The notes beneath the pieces were generated by a model that saw only the letters and a list, made by a program, of their open reading frames with translations, was not told the origin of the DNA and did not search any database. A DNA stretch of 39,929 nucleotides from an uncultured Ruminococcus sp. (GTDB lineage: Bacteria > Bacillota > Clostridia > Oscillospirales > Ruminococcaceae). Where the stretch lies: positions 1 through 39,929 of the forward strand of contig CANPYF010000001.1 in NCBI GenBank assembly GCA_947587925.1. The letters run 5' to 3'. Position 1 is the stretch's first letter. Each line of letters starts with the position of its first letter. Position numbers and translations under genes: made by a program. Positions 1 through 7,875 of this stretch are shown here, piece by piece.

Positions 1-56
1 AGCTAACCTGCCCACACTAAAATTTGTAAAGTTTCTGTGAACCTCACTTCCCTAAA

Positions 57-641
57 TCAGTTACAAGTACTTGTAACTCCATCCGGAATGGTTATGCTTG
101 TCAAGCTTTTGCAGCCGTAAAAAGTCTCGTTCCAAATGCTTGTAACACCGTTGGGAATGTTTATGCTTGTTAGGCTTTCACAGTTGTAAAAAGCCCCAAA
201 TACAATCTTAGTGACACTGTCGGGAATGTTGATGCTTGTAAGGTTTTTGCAGTTGTAAAAAGTCTTGTCTGCAATACTTGTAACTCCATCGGGAATGGTT
301 ATGCTTGTGAGTCTGTTGCAGTCATAAAAAGCCCTGGATCCAATGTAAGTGACACTGTCGGGAATGTTTATGCTTTTAAGGCTAAAGCAGCGTTCAAAAG
401 CATTGTATCCAATGTCAGTCACACCGTCGGGAATGTTTATGCTTTTAAGGCTAAAGCAGCCGTAAAAAGCATAATATCCAATGCTTGTAACACCGTCGGG
501 AATGTTTATGCTTGTGATACTGTGGCAATAAATAAAAGCCTTGTCTCCAATACTTGTAACCCCATCAGGAATGACCACATCAGTAACTCCCGGTTCTTCT
601 GTGTACTTTACCAATACTCCATTTTCAATTTTAAATGACAT
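57..641 (-). CDS. BspA/TpLRR-type leucine-rich repeat protein (LRR_5), probably C-terminally truncated
   Basis: About 7 tandem 23-aa repeats 'LxSIxIPDGVTxIGxxAFYxC' after an 'FKIENGVLVKY' cap. Start set at ATG 641 because GGAGG lies at 649-653. Ends mid-repeat (…GVTSTCN*). Confidence 0.85.
   Translation of the reverse strand: MSFKIENGVLVKYTEEPGVTDVVIPDGVTSIGDKAFIYCHSITSINIPDGVTSIGYYAFYGCFSLKSINIPDGVTDIGYNAFERCFSLKSINIPDSVTYIGSRAFYDCNRLTSITIPDGVTSIADKTFYNCKNLTSINIPDSVTKIVFGAFYNCESLTSINIPNGVTSIWNETFYGCKSLTSITIPDGVTSTCN
72..575. repeat. 69-bp tandem DNA repeats encoding the LRR units
   Basis: Recurring 'gtcgggaatgtttatgctt' / 'cttgtaac' with a 69-bp period; units at about 352-420 and 421-489 are highly similar. 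Confidence 0.85.
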
Positions 642-645
642 AATA

Positions 646-747
646 TTACCTCCAAAAATTTTTTCTTCCAAAAAATATTTCAAAAATTATATCCAGACCC
701 GGTTTGTTCAGCAGGTAAATTACAATGCAAAGAAAAACAAATCCCAT
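646..747 (-). CDS. Putative 33-aa hydrophobic small protein (MGFVFLCIVIYLLNKPGLDIIFEIFFGRKNFWR)
   Basis: Strong RBS AAGGAGGAG (753-761) before ATG 747, with TGnTATAAT (-10 at 768-773) just upstream. Its last codons and stop (TGG AGG TAA) contain the RBS of the LRR gene. It is below the ORF-track size cutoff. Confidence 0.45.
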   Translation of the reverse strand: MGFVFLCIVIYLLNKPGLDIIFEIFFGRKNFWR

Positions 748-916
748 CTGAACTCCTCCTTATATATATTATAACATATCAGGTTTTCATTTTGGTTATT
801 TCTGAGTGCTTTTTACATTTTTTTAAAATTTATTAATGAAATACATCTTTTTACGCATGAATTGATAGATCATCAATGACAAAAAAAGCGAAAACACTGC
901 TTCCCTATCCGACATT

Positions 917-3685
917 TTAATTATTGATATCCCCGCACAATCTCTGATACATCTTCATCAGCTCCGCTACGCATTCGCTTTCGGTCATGTTTTTATAATC
1001 AAACCCGTAAGCCTGCATAACAGCCTTGTCGTTAAGCTGGTGAGCCTTGCGAAGTTCGGGCGGCATAGTGACCTCATCATAAAGATCGGCGAGTGAGCAG
1101 TCGGGATATTTCGCGCGGGCGTCCAAGATACCCTGCGCCGTTTGCTCTATCCTTGCCTTTTGTTCCGGTGTGGGAGTACACCATGGGAAATTGTTGTAGA
1201 CTGCCGGAGAATATCTGTAATCACTTTTTAATCTTCCACAAACTGTCCTCATCCAAGCCATATGTACATTTGATGTAAGAACACCAAAATGAAACAATGT
1301 TACATTTTCAGCTACAAGAGTAGAATTGCTAACTATTACTTCTTTATTCATAAATCCCATTGGAATGTACCTTCTATTTTCTGATGATGTTTCTGGTATA
1401 AGAATATAATCTGAATTAGGCTGTCTAATTTGTGAAAATAGATATGGTGTATCTGCTTGCTTTTGTACAGCAACAGTTTTTGTATTTCTTCTCACTTCTG
1501 CTACATTATTTAGTCTTTCTTTAATTTCTTGTATTGTACGAAATTTAGTTGGTGAAACATCTTTAAGCCACAAGCAATAACGTTTCTTATTATTAATAAA
1601 TTCTTTTGAACCAATAAATAATTTTATAAACTCATTACATATTGGATATTTATTGATTAAATCATTCCTTTCATTTTCTGACAAAATCAAATATCCACCG
1701 TCCCATGGCTTGTTGCCTTGTGTTAATTTAGGCAAATTTGGAGGTGTTTTTCCTCTTAAACTTATGAAAACATTATCAGCGGCTACTAAATAACCATTAA
1801 TATTTTCAACTGCTTTGCTTTGACCATTTTCATAAATCATTTTAATTTTTCTTGGAATTTGCGAAAACCCTATTATTACGCAATGAACAGAAGCTTTTAA
1901 TTTTGCTTCATTTATCCATATAAAAGTTGAATATGCAAAATTAATACTAATTTTATATTTTAAAAATAATTCTTCCCAAAGAATTGGAACTTGTTCGCCT
2001 TGTGTAATTGAATTTGTAGAAACAAAAGCACACTCTATTTTTGTTTTATCAATATAATCTGCCGCTTTCCTATACCAAGCAGCAACATAATCTAATCGTC
2101 CGGCTCTTGTGTTGTCTTGAAAAACATATTCCATATCATCTTGTTGAAAATTATTTCTTAATGATAGCCCCACAAACGGCGGATTTCCCATAATATAAGA
2201 AAGTTCGCTTTTGGGCACAACACTTTCCCAGTCAACACGCAAAGCGTTGCCTTCGACAATATTTGCATAGGATTTGAGCGGCAGAAAATCAAGACTCGTA
2301 TGCACGATCTCTTCCGTTTCATGCATCATCTGCGATTCCGCTATCCACAAAGCGGTCTTTGCGACCGATACCGCAAAATCGTTTATTTCTATGCCGTAAA
2401 ACTGACCTATCGAGACCTTTATTATTTCGCCTGTGTCAAACTCGATCTGCCCGTTCGTCTGACGCATTTTTATGGCTTCATTTTCAAGCCGCCGCAGAGA
2501 TATGTATGTCTCTGTAAGAAAATTTCCGCTTCCGCAGGCGGGATCGAGAAATTTCAGCGACGCCAGCTTGTTCTGAAACTCCGTAAGCTTGGCATTGCGG
2601 ATCTTTGTCTGTTTGTATGCCTTGATCTCGTCAAGTTCATTTTTCAGATCGTCAAGAAAAAGCGGGTCGATCACCTTGTGGATATTTTCTATCGACGTGT
2701 AGTGCATACCGCCGCTGCGCCGTGTTTCGGGGTTCAATGTACTTTCAAAAACCGCACCGAAAATCGTCGGGGAAATTTCGCTCCAGTCAAAATCCCTGCT
2801 TGCGTTATTGAGCAGAAGATCGACGATCTCCTCGTTAAAATTCGGTATCTCGATATTCTCATCTGCAAACAATCCGCCGTTTACATAAGGAAATTCCGAT
2901 ACTGGCGATTCATCATAAGGGTCACGCTCGGCGTCCTTTGTATCAAGTACTTTAAAAAGCTCGATCAGTCCCTTGCGGACATTTTTTAATTCAAAATTTT
3001 GCAGATAGTCGTGAAACATATTGTGCCTGCCAAAAATGCCGGCGTCCTCGGCATACAAACAAAATACCAGCCGTACACAAAGCATATTAAGACTTTTGAG
3101 CGAATCGGGATCGTCTGGATCTCTATACTGCTTCAATATGGCGTTGTAAAGCCTTCCCACAAGCTCGCCCGCCTGCAAAGAGACCTCCATTTCCTTTTGT
3201 ATATTTTTATCGCCCGTATCTACAAGAAATTTTAAGCGATAATATTCCTTCGGCAGATCTTTGAGCAGGATCTGTTCAGGCTCGCCGTTTGGTTTATTCA
3301 TATCATAAACAAGAAATTCCTGAAAATTGCAGGTGACGATCCAACGAGGTCTGTCATCATAAGGCAATTCGACAGAATAACGTTTTGCCTGCTGAAACGG
3401 CGTCAGAAAGTTCCCGTCCGATTGCTTTATAGGCTTTCGCAGATCCTTATCGATACTTTTTTGCTCTATCATGACGTGTGTGGACGGAATAAAACCGTCA
3501 ATAAAGCTCGCATGGTCAAGATGTACCTGATCCTCAAAGCTGATAAATTCCGCAATGTTATCCACACCGTAAACCTTTGTAAGCAGATCTATCCAGAATT
3601 TCTGCGATTCACCCTTTTCATAACCCTTGCCTTTCCAACGCTCCGAAAATTCCTTAGCCGCCGTTTTATATTCCTTATCAGTCAT
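917..3685 (-). CDS. Type IIL (MmeI-family) restriction-modification enzyme: fused endonuclease, N6-adenine methyltransferase and target recognition domain
   Basis: 922 aa. N-terminal PD-(D/E)xK-like 'FIDGFIP…MIEQKS', motif I 'FLDPACGSGNFL', motif IV 'GNPPF', and MmeI-type C-terminus 'HMAWMR..CGRLKSDYRYS..VYNNFPW…LADLYD..TMPPELRKAH..ND'. Confidence 0.92.
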   Translation of the reverse strand: MTDKEYKTAAKEFSERWKGKGYEKGESQKFWIDLLTKVYGVDNIAEFISFEDQVHLDHASFIDGFIPSTHVMIEQKSIDKDLRKPIKQSDGNFLTPFQQAKRYSVELPYDDRPRWIVTCNFQEFLVYDMNKPNGEPEQILLKDLPKEYYRLKFLVDTGDKNIQKEMEVSLQAGELVGRLYNAILKQYRDPDDPDSLKSLNMLCVRLVFCLYAEDAGIFGRHNMFHDYLQNFELKNVRKGLIELFKVLDTKDAERDPYDESPVSEFPYVNGGLFADENIEIPNFNEEIVDLLLNNASRDFDWSEISPTIFGAVFESTLNPETRRSGGMHYTSIENIHKVIDPLFLDDLKNELDEIKAYKQTKIRNAKLTEFQNKLASLKFLDPACGSGNFLTETYISLRRLENEAIKMRQTNGQIEFDTGEIIKVSIGQFYGIEINDFAVSVAKTALWIAESQMMHETEEIVHTSLDFLPLKSYANIVEGNALRVDWESVVPKSELSYIMGNPPFVGLSLRNNFQQDDMEYVFQDNTRAGRLDYVAAWYRKAADYIDKTKIECAFVSTNSITQGEQVPILWEELFLKYKISINFAYSTFIWINEAKLKASVHCVIIGFSQIPRKIKMIYENGQSKAVENINGYLVAADNVFISLRGKTPPNLPKLTQGNKPWDGGYLILSENERNDLINKYPICNEFIKLFIGSKEFINNKKRYCLWLKDVSPTKFRTIQEIKERLNNVAEVRRNTKTVAVQKQADTPYLFSQIRQPNSDYILIPETSSENRRYIPMGFMNKEVIVSNSTLVAENVTLFHFGVLTSNVHMAWMRTVCGRLKSDYRYSPAVYNNFPWCTPTPEQKARIEQTAQGILDARAKYPDCSLADLYDEVTMPPELRKAHQLNDKAVMQAYGFDYKNMTESECVAELMKMYQRLCGDINN

Positions 3686-3719
3686 AAAAGTTCCCTCACT
3701 TAATTTTAATATTTTTTTA

Positions 3720-3748
3720 ATTATACCATATCAAAGCGATATTTTCAA
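3720..3748 (-). promoter_or_regulatory. Sigma-A promoter of the type IIL R-M gene
   Basis: Minus strand TTGAAA-17 bp-TATAAT with extended TG. Confidence 0.6.
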
Positions 3749-3839
3749 TATTTTCCCGTAATTATTCGTTAAAATTAGATTTTAAAATACATCTTGATTT
3801 GCAAATCGAAACAGATATGCAAATAAATTTTAGATTTTA

Positions 3840-3882
3840 TAAAAAAAGAACACAGACCCATTGCTAAAACAAGTCTGTGTTC
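3840..3882 (-). terminator. Intrinsic terminator of the CRISPR array transcript
   Basis: Inverted repeat GAACACAGAC (3848-3857) / GTCTGTGTTC (3873-3882) followed by a U-run on the minus strand. Confidence 0.7.
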
Positions 3883-3957
3883 ACGCTTATAATTATTTAC
3901 AATAAAAAATCCGCTTCCCGTCATCAATGATAAGTCCGCCGTTCTCATGAATAATTT

Positions 3958-5902
3958 CTTTTACTACCTTATGAAATTACACTGCTCTCAAACCCGCTTG
4001 GCGCGCGAATGGACACCGAAACAGTTTTACTACCCTATAAAATTACACTACTCTCAAACCGGGCATAAGTCTTTTTGACGTTGAAAAACGTTTTACTACC
4101 CTATAAAATTACACTACTCTCAAACATGGTACGAGCAGACCCGCAGGCGGGACAAGTTTTACTACCCTATAAAATTACACTAATCTCAAACTGATGTCGG
4201 GTTACTATATCGAAGTGCTGTGTTTTACTACCCTATAAAATTACACTACTCTCAAACCGCACGTTTTCGTGACGCCGTACAGTTCGCGTTTTACTACCCT
4301 ATAAAATTACACTACTCTCAAACACAGTACAGAGCCTTGCGGGCGGAGCTGCGTTTTACTACCCTATAAAATTACACTACTCTCAAACTGTTTAGTCATT
4401 TTTTACCATCCTTTCTGAGTTTTACTACCCTATAAAATTACACTACTCTCAAACAGTGTACGGTCTATGAGTGTTGGTCCTTCGGTTTTACTACCCTATA
4501 AAATTACACTACTCTCAAACAGTTAACTGTAGATACTGTCGCGCTTCTGGGTTTTACTACCCTATAAAATTACACTACTCTCAAACTTGAAACCTATTGA
4601 CAAGTAACGAATTATCGTTTTACTACCCTATAAAATTACACTACTCTCAAACACAGCGGTCAGGTATGTCCAGTCTTCCCAGTTTTACTACCCTATAAAA
4701 TTACACTACTCTCAAACTTCCCTCTTTCAAAATAATCGTCCCAAAAGTTTTACTACCCTATAAAATTACACTACTCTCAAACGACCTGCTGAGTTGGCTG
4801 CAATGGAGCAAGGTTTTACTACCCTATAAAATTACACTACTCTCAAACGGTTATCTGCTCAAACGCGAAGCGATTCGGTTTTACTACCCTATAAAATTAC
4901 ACTACTCTCAAACAATAACCCGAATGCCAAGCATAAGCTATAAGTTTTACTACCCTATAAAATTACACTACTCTCAAACGCAGGACAGCGGAAAAAGCGA
5001 AATGCAGGCGTTTTACTACCCTATAAAATTACACTACTCTCAAACGATCTGATCTTTGAACGCTTCAAGCGCCCGGTTTTACTACCCTATAAAATTACAC
5101 TACTCTCAAACTCCATGCCGTCGGGTCAATGAAAATATCCGTTTTACTACCCTATAAAATTACACTACTCTCAAACTGATGTTACTAACATTATCAAGAT
5201 TCACGAGTTTTACTACCCTATAAAATTACACTACTCTCAAACCTGAAGACGGCTCAAACGGTCAGGTAATGGGTTTTACTACCCTATAAAATTACACTAC
5301 TCTCAAACGTGATTATAGCTTTATTTTCCATTTGCAAAGTTTTACTACCCTATAAAATTACACTACTCTCAAACAAATCAGTTAAGCGCGAATAATATTA
5401 CTCTGTTTTACTACCCTATAAAATTACACTACTCTCAAACAACTATCCCATAATCGCCTGTGGATAATATGTTTTACTACCCTATAAAATTACACTACTC
5501 TCAAACTTTGCGAGCCTTTTCGGCATTATGTTTTACGTTTTACTACCCTATAAAATTACACTACTCTCAAACTGGGTAGTCTTATCTTCGTATTTATTGA
5601 AAGTTTTACTACCCTATAAAATTACACTACTCTCAAACATCCGAGCCAGTCGATACCCTCTGCTATCGGTTTTACTACCCTATAAAATTACACTACTCTC
5701 AAACCCAGTCGACCTCGCTGTCGCTGATATACTCGTTTTACTACCCTATAAAATTACACTACTCTCAAACATTGGGACGACGAGATAAACCGCGAAGCGG
5801 GTTTTACTACCCTATAAAATTACACTACTCTCAAACAAGCGTATGAAGCGGCTAAAAAGTCACGCGGTTTTACTACCCTATAAAATTACACTACTCTCAA
5901 AC
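3958..5902 (-). CRISPR. Type II-A CRISPR array: 30 repeats of 36 bp, 29 spacers of 29-30 bp; repeat as transcribed GTTTGAGAGTAGTGTAATTTTATAGGGTAGTAAAAC
   Basis: Repeats counted at a 65-66 bp period. The degenerate repeat (4 mismatches) at 3958-3993 marks the trailer end. Leader, promoter and tracrRNA complementarity all indicate minus-strand transcription. Confidence 0.99.
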
Positions 5903-5987
5903 CTCAAATTTTGAGATAATGACACTACTCATCAGTGTGATCCTATAGGGTCAATATTATTGTACCACAATTTTGCCGAAATGTCAA
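5903..5987 (-). promoter_or_regulatory. CRISPR leader with ATTTGAG leader-anchoring motif and sigma-A promoter
   Basis: ATTTGAG (5903-5909) abuts the first repeat. TTGACA (5982-5987)-17 bp-TACAAT (5959-5964) with extended TG. Confidence 0.85.
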
Positions 5988-6008
5988 CGGCTTTTTTGGT
6001 CTTTTCAT

Positions 6009-6677
6009 CTATATTATACACAAATCTTTATCTATTATAACGCGTGACTCGTTTTTTAGTCTGGCAGAAGCCTTATTTTCCAAACATATAAGAGTTATCC
6101 CGTTAAGTAGTATGCTCCGGAACAGATCTTCCGCTTCTTGGTCTTTTATATAATTTCTCAGTCCGACTGTTACAAAAACTGTTCGCTTTTTATATTTTTG
6201 TGAAGCAAGAATATATTCAAACAATCTTTCAACCGGTTTTCTGTCCGTTTCCACAATATGCAGCCCAAATGCTTTCAGGATAGCCGATATATCTTCGGGA
6301 TGACAGATATCCATTTCTATATCTTCGTCTTCGGTAAGATCATATAAATATTTTTCTATATGTGCATAAAGTTCCTGTGTGGAATTATAAAACTGTTCGT
6401 TCACCGATTTTTCTTTTAATTGTCCATAAATATGAGAAAGAATATCCTTTCTGTTTGAAGTAAACGGTATAAACTGCGTAATAATATCTGCCTCTTTGTC
6501 AAGCCGTATCGGCACATAGTTTTCAGATATCACAACTTCTCCCGACTTGCCGTTTATCTGACAGTAAATATCGTCCGCTATTCGGTAAAACATTTCCGGT
6601 TCTTCTATAACTATATCGAGAACCTTATCGCAGCATATGTCGGATGTCAGTCCTAACGGCGGATATACTAACATCAT
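6009..6677 (-). CDS. csn2: CRISPR-associated protein Csn2 (short type)
   Basis: 222 aa, between cas2 and the array; typical C-terminus 'IIDKDLCII'. Confidence 0.92.
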   Translation of the reverse strand: MMLVYPPLGLTSDICCDKVLDIVIEEPEMFYRIADDIYCQINGKSGEVVISENYVPIRLDKEADIITQFIPFTSNRKDILSHIYGQLKEKSVNEQFYNSTQELYAHIEKYLYDLTEDEDIEMDICHPEDISAILKAFGLHIVETDRKPVERLFEYILASQKYKKRTVFVTVGLRNYIKDQEAEDLFRSILLNGITLICLENKASARLKNESRVIIDKDLCII

Positions 6678-6994
6678 ATAATTACCAACCTTTCATCGCT
6701 GTCCACCACATCGCTTTCATAAGTTCCGGTCATAAATTCCATTTTAGAAAACTGTTTTTCAGTGATAGACAGCACCTGCACCAGACCCTCCGAAGGCTTA
6801 TTGGATCTTATATTGCTTATGATATTGTTTGCAACATTCTGATTTAGAGCCATTCTGCAATAAACTGATTCCTGCATCATAAGAAATCCGTTTTTTATAA
6901 GATATTTACGGAATCTGCTGTAATTTCGCCTGTTTTCGGCAGTCAGCACAGGCAGGTCAAAAAACACAATTATCCTCACAAACCTATAACTCAC
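6674..6994 (-). CDS. cas2: CRISPR-associated endonuclease Cas2
   Basis: '[15 protein letters not shown]…[19 protein letters not shown]' and 'ITEKQF'; ATGA overlaps with its neighbours. Confidence 0.97.
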   Translation of the reverse strand: MSYRFVRIIVFFDLPVLTAENRRNYSRFRKYLIKNGFLMMQESVYCRMALNQNVANNIISNIRSNKPSEGLVQVLSITEKQFSKMEFMTGTYESDVVDSDERLVII

Positions 6995-7875
6995 CTTTTT
7001 TCTCCTATTGAATAAAAATTAATTTTTGAAATATCATTATCTCCTATAGCGTCAAAAACGCTCTGACAATATATTTTTATTGCATTGCTGACATACTGCT
7101 GCGTGTTATTTATTTTCACTGTTTCGTTAAGAACATCCACAAGACGGTGTTTTTCTTTGCTTGTAAACTCTGTGAAGCTGCCGTTATACACTATCCTGTC
7201 AACAAGCACACGAAACGGTTCCATAAGATCGCATGACAGATTGAAATGATTAAACATATTATTGTGAAAAAGTCCTATCTGAGTAATATAACCGTGGGAA
7301 ACGATCTCTCTGTTGAAAGCCGACAGCAGTATGCCGTATCCGTAATTCAATGCGGCATTTGATACACATTCCTTGCTTCTGGTAAAATTCATTCCAAACA
7401 GTGCGTTAAAATACACTTTAGCCGCATGACCCTCCCGATTGGAAGCATCGCCTATCTCCATTCGGAGCAGGTAGCTGTCAAGCAACTGAGCCTCGGCAAG
7501 TTTGTCTGCTTCCTTTAAAAAATTTGATTGCTGCCTGATCTTTTCAGAAACTATCTCCGTCCAGATACATACCTTCACATCGTCATTCCATTTGATCTGT
7601 TTTCTTATCCTGTCAGCCGTATCATGACTGCCGTAATAAGATACCAGTTCACAGGTCGGACTGCGTTTTTCATCGCAGAAAATCACTTTTATTTTTTTCT
7701 CATTAAGAGCAGCAATAAGACACCCTGTGATAGAAACTGCGGGGTTCTCTATGATAAGAACAGATAACTCGTCGAGATAAATTCTCTTAACTTCATCTTC
7801 CGTTCTTATCACAAGATACCCTGTTTTCAGATCAAGCTTTGCCCTTTTTGTTACAATAACCGTTCTCCAACTCAT
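6991..7875 (-). CDS. cas1: CRISPR-associated integrase Cas1 (type II)
   Basis: 'MSWRTV', '[16 protein letters not shown]', 'NAALNYGY', 'GLFH', 'DLMEPFR'. Confidence 0.97.
   Translation of the reverse strand: MSWRTVIVTKRAKLDLKTGYLVIRTEDEVKRIYLDELSVLIIENPAVSITGCLIAALNEKKIKVIFCDEKRSPTCELVSYYGSHDTADRIRKQIKWNDDVKVCIWTEIVSEKIRQQSNFLKEADKLAEAQLLDSYLLRMEIGDASNREGHAAKVYFNALFGMNFTRSKECVSNAALNYGYGILLSAFNREIVSHGYITQIGLFHNNMFNHFNLSCDLMEPFRVLVDRIVYNGSFTEFTSKEKHRLVDVLNETVKINNTQQYVSNAIKIYCQSVFDAIGDNDISKINFYSIGEKR

Noticed and set aside
642-683. ORF-track start of the LRR gene at 683
   Set aside because: TTG without an RBS; ATG 641 has GGAGG and gives the typical N-cap.
2300-3703. Plus-strand ORFs up to 229 aa opposite the R-M gene, and similar antisense ORFs over cas9, trpB2, the anti-sigma and the core genes
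   Set aside because: Shadow frames of well-supported minus-strand genes, with no RBS or recognisable motifs.
5375-5404. Spacer begins AAATCAGTTA, matching positions 54-63
   Set aside because: Only 10 nt match, so it is not a credible self-target. I noticed no full self-targeting spacer, but this was checked by eye only.
5639-5734. Adjacent spacers share CCAGTCGA
   Set aside because: An 8-nt match with unrelated flanks is compatible with chance.
5528-5788. 86-aa plus-strand ORF with repeated 'VLLPYKITLLSN'
   Set aside because: It is a translation of CRISPR repeats, not a gene.
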